Source of the DNA: Macrostomum lignano
Taxonomy: Eukaryota
Reading direction: 5' to 3'
Assembly: GCA_002269645.1 (NCBI GenBank)
Contig: NIVC01000657.1
Location: forward strand, 1-64,000
Length of the DNA stretch: 64,000 bases
The number at the start of each line of letters is the position of its first letter. The first letter of the stretch is position 1. The position numbers were made by a program, and so were the translations under genes. The notes beneath the pieces are model-generated. The model was not told the origin of the DNA and did no database searches. It saw nothing but the letters and a program-made list of their open reading frames with translations. Shown here piece after piece: positions 10,901 to 23,514 of this stretch.

Positions 10901-13900
10901 GATCAATACCACCCCAATCCCACACCATAATTACCACCCCATTCGTCGCACTCACATCGCAGACGTTGCAATACTGCGTATCCTCATCCGGCTTTCGGCC
11001 GTGCCATTTCACTTCGAGCCGGAGGTGCTGCACAAACTCGATAGTCATATAGCAGTACACAAGCGATTGTTGCAGCGTGTGCTTGATCAACTCGAACAGA
11101 CTCTGGTCGGACAGTTTCAAATTCCTGGCCAGCATCCAGCTCAGATGAATCATTGGCACTATAGATTTGAAATTGTTTAATTTGTTAAACTCGTAGCGCT
11201 CCCTAGCCAGCATGTACTGCTTGGCAGTTAGCGGGCCAACGTTCCACGCGATGTTGTTGCACCAGCCGATTGCTTGCACCTGTTGCATTCGGATAGTGTT
11301 GTTGACTGGTAATCATCTGCAATCTCACCCCTGAGATAATGGATCTACAATCTCACCCCTGAGATAATGGATCTGCAATCTCACCCCTGAAATAATGGAT
11401 CTGCAATCTCACCCCTGAGATAATTTATCTACAATCTCACCCCTGAGATAATGGATCTGCAATCTCACCCCTGAGATAATGGATCTGCAATCTCACCCCT
11501 GAGATAATGGATCTGCAATCTCACCCCTGAGATAATGGATCTGCAATCTCACCCCTGAGATAATGGATCTGCAATCTCACCCCTGAGATAATGGATCTGC
11601 AATATCACCCCTGAGATAATGGATCTGCAATATCACATCTGAGATAATGGATTTACAATCTTACCCTAGACATAATACATATACAATCTCAAACCTGAGT
11701 TCATGCATCTACAATCTCACCCTTAAGATAATGGATCTGCAGTCTCACCTCTGAGATAATAGATCTACAATCTCACCCCTGAGACTATGAATCTAAAATC
11801 TCACCCCTGAGATAATAGATCTACAATCACACCTCTGAGATAATAGATCTAAAGTCTCACCCCTGAGAATATTGATTTGTAATCTCACCCCTGTGGCTAT
11901 AGATCTAAAATCTCACCCGTGAGATAATGGATCTACGATCTCAATCTGGATCTACAATCTCAATCCTGAGATAATGAATCTACAATCTCACCCCTGAGAT
12001 AACTGAAATCTCAGTCAAAGAAATTAAACATGAAAATAAAATTTCACCCTTAAGACGGCGACCCAAAAATGCCACAATGTGCAACAGGCACTCACCCAGT
12101 GAGGCGTGCCGGCATTGATCCAGACCAGATCGCCCGGTCGCTGAATAAACCGATATACAGGCACGCCTTCAGCCGCCAGATCAGTGAGGTCAGGCCACCA
12201 GCTGCCGTGCAGGTAGTCGACACCGTGCCGATGGCACAGGTTATGCAAAGCGCCCCAGTACTGCTCTGGCACTGCAAACCATTCACAATCGCCCGGCCCA
12301 ATGTTGATGTTGACGGAGCAGAAGCTGTTGTTCTCTTGATGGCCCGGAGTCCTACTGCCGGGTACCTGTGAGCATGATTTAAATAAGGCAATTTTTTATG
12401 ACTAATTTTATAATTAGGTTCTTTGTTAAACTATTTCTTTCTTAGAAAACTAGACTTTTGTATACGTTAAGATGTGATTGTTCAAGTCTTTGATTTGTAC
12501 TATTAGTATCATTTGGTAGGTCTTTGTCTTGAACAGTTGTAGCCTAGTGGTTAGAGCGTCGGACTCAACACTTGAAGGTCGGGGGTTCGATTCCTGATCC
12601 CACGGGAACTACTTCTGTCCTTTGAGTAAGACACTTAAGTCTGCATTGCTTCAGTTCACCCAGCTGTAAAATGGGTGCCAGCATTAGCTGGGGTAATTGA
12701 GGGTGTGTGGCGACACCCCCCAGTCCTTAAACTGAACAGCCGTACGCAGCCTTCAGATGCGCCTCGCAATAGCTCCGGCTGAGCTGTCGGTTGCACATCT
12801 GGCCTAATTCGGGCAGGTGTAATCAATTTTAATTATCATTACTTGCACAACCATTTGTACTATTGATATTAGTTAAAATGTCTTTAACTAATCTAATCTT
12901 TAACTAACTAACTAACTTATAACTAACTAATCTTTAACTAACTAAAGGTCTTTAACAGATCTGTACTATGAAATATCAGTTGGCAGGTCTTTGTCTTGAA
13001 CAATGATTTGTACTATTAAATATCAGTTGGTAGGTCTTTGTCTTGAGCAGTGATTTGTACTATTAAATATCAGTTGGCAGGTCTTTGTCTTGAGCAGTGA
13101 TTTGTACTATTAAATATCAGTTGGTAGGTCTTTGTCTTGAGCAGTGATTTGTACTATTAAATATCAGTTGGCAGGTCTTTGTCTTGAGCAGTGATTTGTA
13201 CTATTAAATATCAGTTGGCAGGTCTTTGTCTTGAGCAGTGATTTGTACTATTAACTTATCACAAGCGTCAATATACGAACCTTCATGTACAGTTGCACAG
13301 TATTCATGCCCAGTATGGTGTGACCAACATGGCTAAGCATATTGGAAGCCGACACAACTTTAACAAACGTAGGCAGTTTAGTCAGCTCCTGCAACTGCGG
13401 CAGCCATTTCTTTTCGTCCGACAGGTCGCAGTTGGTGCCGAATCTGATCACGCTTGGCGCGCGTTTGGCAGCCGCGGCGGCGTTGGCTGCTGCAGACGCG
13501 CCAGCTCCGCCGGCGCCTGCGGAGGCTGAACTTGAGGCGGCGCCGTTCTGAACAACGAATGGGAGAAGAGAAATCATTATACGCTTAATATAGGTATTAT
13601 CAGAGCTTCCGCTTAATATGGACGATGTGTATGAGCCTGTAGACGAGAAAATCGTTGGCTCCACCTGTTCATTAATCAACACTAGATGGGGGTTATTCTG
13701 ACTAAAAGACCTGAGTCAAATTACTTAATCTCGATAGGGGAATTCATTGATTCTAGATGAGGGAACTCATCGACTCTAGATAGGGCAATTCATTAACTCT
13801 AGATGGGGAATTCATTGACTCTAGATGGGGGAATTCATTGACTCTAGATGGGGAATTCATGACTCTAGATGGGGAATTCATTGACTCTAGATGGGGAGAA

Positions 13901-16900
13901 CTTATCAACTCTAGATGGGGAATTCATTGACTCTAGGTTGTGAATTCATCGACTCTAGATGGGGAGAACTTATCAACTCTAGATCGGGAATTCATTGACT
14001 CTAGGTTGTGAATTCATCGACTCTAGATGGGGAGAACTTATCAACTCTAGATGGCGGAATTCATCAACTCTAGATGGGGGAAGTCATTTACTCTAGAAGG
14101 GGGGGGGAATTCATCAACTCTAGATGGAGAATATTTATTATTTCCAGATGGGGAACTCATTGACTCTAGATGGGGAACTATTGATTCTAGATGAGGAATT
14201 TTTTAACTCTAGATGGGGAATTCACTAGGGAGAATTGCTTGAAGCTAATTTGGGACGTATCTTCAAAAAAAGGTTATCACCTGAGCCTGCTGCGAAGAGC
14301 CCGACTGTTGCTGCTGCTGCATCTCGCTCTTCTCCTCTTTCACAGCCTCCTGAAACGATTGGGCCTGATACCGACCGTAGGCGGCAATAGTGGTGTGACC
14401 TCTGGGCGACTCGCAAATCCACACTGTTCGTCCTTCGGCGTCACGATTCACGTCCGGCGGTTGAACTCGTTGAGTACGAACTTCGATACGATGCTCGCCA
14501 TTTGCTTCGACCAGCGTCTTAGTTGAGAATAGGCTCAAATCGAGTCGCAATGCGGCGGCTAAGCCTCGAATAACCGCCACAGGCTGTTGCTTGCAGAATC
14601 GCATCAGTTCGGGACTGTGAGCGTCCTTCTTGCTGTCCAAATAGATTGACGATGTTGGCGGATAGAGCTGGTCTCCGGATAGCGGCGGGTAGGGCGGCGG
14701 CGGGGCCGTAGGCGGCGGACTGCCCTCGGGCAGGATACAGTTAGTGAAGGTCCAGTTGCGCTGGGCAGCCACTCCGCTCACCTGGGGTGTACGATTGTGT
14801 ACTGCAGTTGGTCTCTGCATTTTTAAGAAACCTGACGACTTCTTGGAATACATAATTGATTGCCTAATTGCCTAATGAACGTAAGCATCAATTGCAATCC
14901 CACACAGCAATCCCACACATCAAAAAACTAATCTCACAGCTTAAGAAACCAACCCCACACCTCGAATAATTAATCCCACACCTCAAAAAACTGATACCAC
15001 ACCTTTAAATAGCTAATCCCACACCTCAAATAACCAATCCCACACCCCAAATAACCAACACCACACCTCAAATAACTAATCCCACACCTCAAATAACCAA
15101 TCCCACACCTCAAATAACCAATCCCACACCTTAAATAACCAATCCCACACCCAAAAAAAGCAATCCCACACCTCAAATAACCAATCCCACACCTCAAGTA
15201 ACCAATCCCACACCTCAAGTAACCAATCCCACACCTCAATTAATCAATCCCACACCTCAAATAACTAATCCCACACCTCAAGTAACCAATCCCACACCTC
15301 AATTAATAAATCCCACACCTGAAATAACCAACCCCACACCTCAATTAATAAATCCCACACATCAAATAACCAATCCCACACCCCAAAAAACCAACCACAC
15401 ACCTCAAATAAATAATCCCACACCTCGAAAAACTGATACCACACCTTAAATAACTAATCCCACACCTCAAGTAACCAATCCCACACCTTAAGTAACCAAT
15501 CCCACACCTCAAGTAACCAATCCCACACCTCAAGTAAGCAATCCCACACCTCAAGTAATCAATCCCACACTTAAAAAAACCAATCCCACACCTCAAATAA
15601 CAAATCCCACACCTCAAGTAACCAATCCCACACCTCAAGGACTCTAATCCCACACATGAAATGAACAATAACACGACTGAAAACTCATCCCCACACCCCA
15701 GAACCTACCTGCGACAGCAGCAGTCGTGCAGGCGTAGCCAGAGACACAGACGGCACAGGAGACCGCCTAGGCACAAGATTCCTAGACAGCAGAGCCTCCT
15801 TCAGGTTGGCGCCGCCATTCCTATCGCTTTGTCCGCCATTGGCTTCCATATTAGAAACTAAATCGGCAGTTAATTTATCCAGCGTGAATTCTGTGTCAAC
15901 AAAGATGTCATTGACATCCAACAGATCGGTTAGGCTACTAATAGGCACAGCAGTTGGCGGCTTCTCTTTTCGCTGGGTTAGTTCAGCCGGTATTGGCAAA
16001 TTCCAAGCCTCTTTCACTGGCGGCAGCAGATGATTACCGGATTGTTGCACTTTTTGTTCAATCAGCTTGTCCGGGATGTTGGCTAAATACTCCTGTGTAA
16101 GTAGTATGTTCGGAATTTATTTTATTAGATATTTGACTAGCGCACTAAGCCCCCAAGGGGGGAGCATTCAAATTAATGTTTGACCCAGCACTTTGAAATA
16201 AATCGATTTTTTATCGTGGGGTGTTCTGTATTCTTTCTATACATATAGCCTTTGGCAGTTAAGTATTTTTCGATACATATAGGCTTCATTTCACTAGTTT
16301 TATATTTTTCGATACATATCGGTTTTACTTCTCTAGTTTTACATTTTTCGATACATATCTGACTGTATTTCTCTAGTTTTATATTTTTCGATACATATTT
16401 GTCTTACTTCTCTAGTTTTACATTTTTCGATACATATCTGACTGTATTTCTCTAGTTTTATATTATTCGATACATATCGGCTTTTTCTGCAACTTTATTA
16501 GTTTTCAATACATATCGGCCAGACGGTTCTCGAAAAAAAGCAAAGACAGACAGGCAGGCAGAAAGACAAACAGCGTAAGATTTAGTATATAGGTTAGGTA
16601 CAAGCCGAGATAATCAAGCAAGAAGTCTGACCTGCAGCACAGTTATTCGCTCCCTCAGCATGGGATTCAACTCGCCGCGTTTGTCAACTTTGGCGGCGCT
16701 GGTGTAGCAGGTCAGGGCGTCTCTGTACTGCCCGTTGGACTCGTACAGGATGCCCAGGTCGGACCAGGCGGCGACGTGGTCCTTGTCTAACTGAACGGCG
16801 CATACGTAGGCCTGTTTTATTGAGGAAAGGGAAGTTTAGGGATTTAGACTTGTGAATATACTTCTGGAAAGCTTGCAAAGCAACTGGGGATGTGGGAGGC

Positions 16901-19900
16901 TGGCTCAGCAACTGAGGATCTGGGAGGCTGGCCTCGCAACTGAGGATGTGGGAGGCTGGCCCAGCAACTGAGGATCTGGGAGGCTGGCCTCGCAACTGAG
17001 GATGTGGGAGGCTGGCCCAGCAACTGAGGATGTGGGAGGCTGGCCCAGCAACTGAGGATCTGGGAGGCTGGCCCAGCAACTGAGGATCTGGGAGGCTGGC
17101 CAAGCAACTGGGGATCTGAGAAGCTGGCCCAGCAACTGAGGCTCTGGGAGGCTGGCCCAGCAACTGAGGATCTGGGAGGCTGGCCCAGCAACTGAGGATC
17201 TGGGAGGCTGGCCAAGCAACTGGGGATCTGAGAAGCTGGCCCAGCAACTGAGGGTCTGGGAGGCTGGCCCAGCAACTGAGGGTCTGGGAGGCTGGCCCAG
17301 CAACTGACACTCTGGGAGGCTGGCCCAGCAACTGACACTCTGAGAGGCTGGCCCAGCAACTGACACTCTGAGAGGCTGGCCCAGCAACTGACACTCTGGG
17401 AGGCTGGCCCAGCAACAAAGGATCTGTCATGGTATCAGTGTAAATATGCAGATGGCAGCCCCAGAACGCAGCCAGACACCCAAGCCACAGTCACCTGCAG
17501 AGCATCCATAGGCTGGTTCTGCTGCTGGTACAGCACCCCAATGCTGCACCAGGTATCGGCACAGGCCTCCAGCTTGTCAATACTGGACCGATACGCCATG
17601 AAAGCGTCCTGAACTCGACCGAGAGCTGAGAAGCAACGCCCAAGCAGATAATAGGTACCGTGCTCGCGGTCTAGAGTGAGGGCATTCTGCAGATACTGCA
17701 CAGCGGTATCGTGATCGCCCAGCTCGGGCTTAGAATGATACAGCCAGCCAAGCTGCAGGTAGCACAGCGCTTTCAATTCTTTGCTGGTGTCCGGCTTCTC
17801 GGCTAGTTGACTGTAGTAGTCCTTGGCGAAGCGGACTTTGTTGCACACCTGCACAATATTAATAAGCATGCGGTTTGATGTTGTTGTGCCATAATGCTTT
17901 TATAGTTGTCTTCATGGTCATTGGGTCATTAAAAATTTGATCATCGGGTCATTGCTAATTTAATGATTGGGTCATTGTCAATTTGATTATTGGGTCATTG
18001 CCAATTTGGTCATTTGGTCATTGCCAATTTGGTCATTTGGTCATTGCCAAGCTTGATCATTTGGTCATTGCCAGTTTGATCATTGGGTCATCACAAATTA
18101 GATCATTTGGTCATTACTTATTGGTAGTTGGATCATCTGACTCATTTAAGCAACCCCCTAGAGTCAAAATGCCAAATGAAAGTAACACCCCGCACTGACC
18201 TCGTACAGATGAGCGATATGAAATCTTATTTCAGCGCTAGTCAGAGAACAGGGCGACCGGTCGTACAGCGCCCGTTTAAAATGCCGCAAGCTTCTCTCAA
18301 GATCGGCCCGAAGCTTGTAGATAACGCCCAGGCGAACGTGAATCTCGTTAGCTCTGGAGAATGCAGGCTCCTGGTACAGCACCCGATGAAAAGCTGATAT
18401 AGCGCTGTCAAATCTATTAAAATGATAGTGGCACAGGCCTAGGCCGTATAAATAAGCCGAGTTGGTGTCGGCTCGGGGCTCGCGCTGCTCGTACACCGTA
18501 TAGGCACTAAATGCCTGCTCCCAGTGCTCTAATAGCAGGTGAAAATGGCCCAGGTAGCAATACAAAGCCGGCGGCACCGACTGTTCAAAGTGGCGCCTAG
18601 CTCGAGCGGCTTCTGATTCAACAACGCCAATATCTGTAGCCTCTTCGTCTGATGCAGCAGCTAATTGTTCGGATTTTGTTGAATCAAATTTCACCGAATC
18701 TTTAGTCTGTTTGGCAAACTCTTCCGCGTCAATAACCGATTGCAATACTAAACTGTCAAGATAGGTGACAGCTTTCTGCAGGATTGTGCGCTTGCTGCCG
18801 CTGCTGCTGCTGGCTGTTGCTCCTGGAGCAGGCGGCGTGTCGCTAGGGCCGAGTTTGGCAAAACCGAATGCTAGGCTGTTTAAAAGAAAACAATGGTTGC
18901 TTGTTATTAAATTAAAGTAAATTGTGAATATAATGTTACAAGATATTAACAGGACTTTCAAAACCATTCACACTTAGAATTAAACACTAACAGATAACTA
19001 GTAGAAAAAACATTATTGACACACTACTTATAAGCAGTCATAAATTCCACATTGACTTGCCTAGCATTTATGTTATTTAAAGCACAACTCTTACAGTATG
19101 TTTTTGACTAGCATTTTATTAAGTTGAATTTTTTTAATTTCTCTTTTTTATCTAAGAAGATAAGATACAATATACATAAAAAGAATTAAAAGATATTTGA
19201 CATAAAACTCTTAAAGACAACAATTGAGAATAATTATAAAAAATCTAATTTCATCTCATGATTAGAACTAGGTTTCTTGTGCTATTGCATATGACATAAC
19301 CTATCAATATCCACCCACATTTTTGCAACCTTATAACAATTATCAGATTCTAGTTACTTTTAATTTTTTAGACTATTAATTCTAAATTTTAAAACCTAGT
19401 ACTCTGGTGTTTTGTTAATCCTAGAATCAAAATCTTAGATCAAAATGATCTTAGTAATTTTGAATCTTATGAATTAGACCTTTTATAATCCTAGAAGACC
19501 TAAGTCAAAATTGAAATACTGGTCACTAAGTTTTAGCTAGGTGTTAAATAAGATTTTAATATTGATCTCAATCATTAAGATCTTAGCACTTTTCTCAATC
19601 TTCAAAAAGAAATTAAGATTTGTGACTATGTGACTATAATATTATCATATATATTTGATATATAATCAAATTAATAATAAGCTTAATAAGACAAAAGTAA
19701 ATAATTATTGTTTTCCTTTTTATTATCATTGTACACATCTAACAAACAATAAAATTAGATAGACTAAACTTAATCAAATCTCAATTATTTCAAAAGTATA
19801 GATCCCAAGTCTTAAAAATCTCAGAAATATGATATTATCCAACTCTTAGTTTTTACTACAATAAGATTTGTCTTTTTATTCTTGAATATTACTAACTTGA

Positions 19901-21337
19901 AATATCATTTTAAACTTAATTTAGAATTCTAAATATATAAAAAAACAAAAAACTTACAAGTGTATTAAGTTTAATGATAGAAAAAATACAAGACCTTGTT
20001 TGTATGCCAAAACTAAAAAATTTGCCTTTGATTCAATGCTTTCACTATATCATATATACCAGGATAAATGCTTATATACACTAAAAATGGCAAGTACTCT
20101 TGATGTATGCTAGGATCCAAATTGCATCCCAGTATATATGTTGCTTTCTAAAATACGCCCTATGGATATTTGATACTTATATATTTATATTAGGATACCA
20201 ACAAGTCTCACTTTATGCTTGGCATCTAAACTATGATATGCTATCACTGTTTGATTGTTATCCTTGGCTTTGTCTAGGTTTAATTTTGTACAATGGGAAT
20301 GTTATAGCATCTTGACTTTCCAAATCATATCTTCAAATTAAAGGATATAATTTTGTATCTTAGTGCCAACAAAAAACAGGCTAGGTTTTTAGCATTCCTT
20401 TGGTTTACAATCACCTCAAATAGTGATGATCACCACTAAAAATAGTTGTAAGACATAAAAACCAACAATAGTTTCAAATGAAAAGAAATCAAAAGCTAGC
20501 AAACTAACTCTATTTATTTCAAATGATGATAAGATTATTGTAGCTTATATCAGCTTTGGTATATGATCATTTGAATATGTAACACAAATAGAAATGATTG
20601 TGAACTAAAGCTAGATTAAAATAAGTATTGTATGTAATATATATGAACTTAGGGTAAAGGTAATACTAATATTGCTAGCTTTGGTTTGCGATCATTTCAG
20701 CAAAGTGCATATGTAAAAATGATGGTAAACCAAAGATAAGAAAGGGTGCAAAAGTGAGGAAGGATTTTGATACCCCCAATCTAGAATGAGCAACAGTTTT
20801 CTACATGTGACTATTTGTTGAATTTGACACACTTTCATATAGCTAGCTTTGGTTCATAATCATTTTAATAGAAAACATATATTTAAATGATTGTAAACTA
20901 AAGATGATATATATATATATGTATAATCCAATAAACTGCACTTTCAAATCTTGCATATTATTTTTTTTAGTTTTAAACACCATTTTTGTGCTGCAATAAG
21001 CAAAATATAAGGTGATTATGAACTGAAACTGGCAAAATAAAAGGCAATTGTAAACCAAAGGAATGCCAGGTTTTTTAGGTTTTTATGCAATAGGGACACT
21101 ACATAATATCCAGACTTTCCAAATCGCATTTTAAAATTGAGCCTTGGATGCAATTTTGCATGTTAGTCCAGCAAAAAACCCAGCTCTCTGTCTGTGTAGA
21201 CCCTAGCTAGTGCTTTGTCAACTGTGCAATTTATGGAAAACAAGAGATATGTTAAAAAGGAATTACCTGTCAAGATCCTGAACAAGCTTCACTTCGCGTA
21301 ATGAAAGTTGGGATATATCAGAATCTTTTGAAGACAT
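7989..21337 (-). CDS. KDM6A: Histone H3K27 demethylase UTX/KDM6A (TPR + JmjC + C-terminal zinc-binding domain), about 1087 aa, 11 coding exons
   Basis: Exons 21337-21267, 18875-18200, 17848-17495, 16811-16632, 16092-15709, 14814-14281, 13547-13281, 12365-12096, 11279-10956, 9814-9647, 8024-7989; all GT-AG and phase-consistent. TPR text ([18 protein letters not shown]), [12 protein letters not shown], JmjC GHQENN...DCEWF...[17 protein letters not shown] and CNVCD...HCLDC match the KDM6 family. Confidence 0.95.
8200..9620. repeat. 20-bp minisatellite (GGCCTCTGTATCTCCCTCTC)n plus degenerate flank, UTX intron 10
   Basis: Homogeneous 8200-9180, degenerate CTCTAATCTC variants to 9620. Confidence 0.95.
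9900..10940. repeat. Roughly 25-bp minisatellite (CACACCATCAATACCACCCCATTCC), 50-bp dimer at left, UTX intron 9
   Basis: Visible tandem array. Confidence 0.9.
11315..12010. repeat. 28-bp minisatellite (CAATCTCACCCCTGAGATAATGGATCTG), UTX intron 8
   Basis: Period 28; unrelated to family A. Confidence 0.95.
12536..12845 (+). mobile_element. tRNA-derived SINE with CORE-like central domain, in UTX intron 7
   Basis: Pol III A box TAGCCTAGTGG and B box GGTTCGATTCC, then GTCCTTTGAGTAAGACACTTAA...CTTCAGTTCACCCAGCTGTAAAATGGG, which resembles the CORE-SINE consensus as recalled. It does not complete a tRNA cloverleaf. Confidence 0.8.
12960..13250. repeat. 47-bp minisatellite, UTX intron 7
   Basis: GTCTTTGTCTTGAGCAGTGATTTGTACTATTAAATATCAGTTGGYAG repeated about 6 times. 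Confidence 0.95.
13680..14240. repeat. Roughly 22-24-bp minisatellite (ACTCTAGATGGGGAATTCATTG), UTX intron 6
   Basis: Visible tandem array. Confidence 0.9.
14890..15700. repeat. 21-bp minisatellite (AATCCCACACCTCAARTAACC), UTX intron 5
   Basis: Period 21. Confidence 0.95.
16260..16520. repeat. 39-bp degenerate minisatellite (core TTTTTCGATACATAT), UTX intron 4
   Basis: Core recurs at 16271, 16310, 16349 and onward. Confidence 0.85.
16878..17415. repeat. 28-bp satellite family A, locus 2, UTX intron 3
   Basis: Same unit and orientation as 4855-5970. Confidence 0.95.
17900..18140. repeat. Degenerate GGTCATT-based repeat, UTX intron 2
   Basis: Repeated TTGGTCATTGCCAAT-like units. Confidence 0.75.
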
Positions 21338-22208
21338 GAATTAACTTTAGTGAGAAGTTCATTCCTTAGTGTGACACATTTAATTTAATTACAAATAACT
21401 TGATTTGAACTCAATTGAAAAAGACAAATAAATGCTCTAGCTAAGTAAGTGAAAAAACCTATTCAGTAACGTTAATAATTTAGATATCAACTACTTATTA
21501 TTAGCTTCTTTAGTTTCTAGTACAGTAAATTTAGTCGCCGATTCGTTCGTTGTTTGTTTGTTCCTTCTTGCAAAAATCAGGAAAGAAACGAAGTCAATTT
21601 TTTTAACAGCAAATCAAGCAGTCAAACAAAAGTGTACAACAGCAAGCTTAATATATTTGTAAAGTTATTAGAGATGTTTTAGGTTTTCACATTTGTTCTT
21701 TTTTATACAATTTGAATTGAATTTTAAAGACTGTGTATGAAAATTGTACGGTATGCTTTTATGGTCATTTACAATATTTATTTGACACATAATTGTACGA
21801 TCCACTACGATCAAAGATAATTTGTTTAATCTAATTTTTCAGTCCTGAGACTGAAACTATGCACACGTAAGCGAATAAATGAGTCAATCAGAAACTGCCT
21901 AACATTTACATTTAGTGCAATGCTGACTACAGGATCGACGCATGCAGTTGACTAGTACTATATATAATGAGTGTACATTAGTGTACACTTGGGATTACTA
22001 GCATGTACATCAGTACATGTACTAAGGTTTTAAGGTACATGTATGTAGAAACGCCGAGACACGTCATCCCTGTCCTGGGGGATCCCGTGTGTGGGATAAA
22101 AAAGATAAAATGGGAAAAATTTCATGTCAACATATTTTTGCATGTACATGTATATAATACTGTAGCCTCTAGACCAGAGACAATCGGTTCCAGTGTCCGG
22201 AGCCATGC

Positions 22209-22621
22209 TACTTACTTACTTACTTACCTTATTACTTACTAACTTACTTACTTTACTTTTTTTATTATAGAGGCAGGGGGTTGTGTGCACCCTGGCGCAC
22301 TTTAAAGCGACATCAACACACAACCGGCGTGAGGCATTACTGCTCATTCCGCCGACTCCCTGAGCAGGCATACAAGCGCGCGGATACGTACGCAGGCACA
22401 CACTCACACAGGAGTGTACAGCGGCCCTAACTTTATTTTATCGTTAGGCATGTACACTTCACTGCGTCTTGGGGGGTTGGCTCTCAAGGCCGTTAATTTC
22501 ACAAGCAGAGCCAAGCCGAGATTCCAATTCAGCCCTAAATTAATGTGACTGCACTTGGAATCGAACCTGGGTCGCTGGCACACCAGAGCCTGTGCTAGAC
22601 CGCTGGGCTACGCCCCCCCCC
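22209..22621 (-). mobile_element. Full-length tRNA-derived SINE (second family) with (AAGT)n tail
   Basis: Minus strand reads GGGGCGTAGCCCAGCGG (A box)...GGTTCGATTCC (B box), a roughly 300-bp body and an AAGT-repeat tail at 22260-22209. Homologous copies occur elsewhere in the window. Confidence 0.8.
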
Positions 22622-22659
22622 CTACTTACTTTACTTACTTACTTACTTCTTACTTACTA

Positions 22660-23150
22660 CTGACGGGGGCCCAGGTGCCGCGAATAGAGCAGAAGGTGAC
22701 GTGTGATGCTCCTCGGTCTCCTCTCCTACAGTATGCCACAAAAGAGGCAGGTGGGAGGGCAACCGGTTTGCAACGAGATATGCCTCTGGAAGAATTCATG
22801 GCCGGTTAGGACCATGCACATCTCCCTGAGGTCGGTCGGTTCTGTTAAGTGAGACAGAGATGTAAACATGTATTCAGAGACTTTCCGGTTCAGTTTAATT
22901 AGACATTGCAGAGCGGGTCCGCCTGTAGTCGGTGCAACTGTTCCAGTTGAGTTGGTGTGGTGGAGCCACCTGTTGATATGGCGGGTGACTTGCGACGTAC
23001 GAATGGGTACATCAGACGGTGGTTGCCGTCCGGGTTCTGATGCATGGTTACTGGCCTTGCCCTTCACCCATGCAGATGGAGCTTCTGGAGATCCATCTGG
23101 ATGCATGTGACATGTACCCGATTGCGAATTTCTCTAGTTTCGCTGATCAA
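22660..23150 (-). mobile_element. Decayed 3' fragment of an RNase H-bearing non-LTR retrotransposon (LINE)
   Basis: ORF 23106-22726 has AWVKG (RNase H-like) and VLTGH...H...CLFC, followed across a stop/frameshift by ETEEH...AL. This is the zinc-knuckle layout of I/R1/LOA-type LINE C-termini. An (AAGT)n tract follows at 22660-22622. Confidence 0.6.
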
Positions 23151-23244
23151 CTCTCGACAGTGTGGTAAACCTCAACTGCTAGATATCCTTATCTAGACTC
23201 CCAACAACCATTTCGTCATCATCCCGACGCCATCAGCACATTCA

Positions 23245-23294
23245 GCGGGCGGCACCAGGACCAAATGCGCAACAATGGTCCTGGTGCCGCCCGC
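23245..23294. other. Perfect 19-bp GC-rich hairpin with 12-nt loop
   Basis: GCGGGCGGCACCAGGACCA / TGGTCCTGGTGCCGCCCGC are exact reverse complements. Confidence 0.9.
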
Positions 23295-23514
23295 CTGCGT
23301 TGCTCGTTTCTATCGCAGCAAAAAATATTGTCTGGTTAAATGAAATTAGTCATACTTTATTATTACTACTACACATCAATTACTAAGTAGAAATGCATGC
23401 ACATGAATAATATGCCTGAAATAGCGGCAATACGTACATGCATATGCAGAGCATTGACTATGTGATACGTATGTGATTCCCGAACCCTCTGGCATCCGAT
23501 CTCTGGCGTCAACG

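Noticed and set aside
12536-12610. Possible tRNA gene (also 22550-22621)
   Set aside because: A and B boxes are present but no complete acceptor stem; both continue into SINE bodies with tails.
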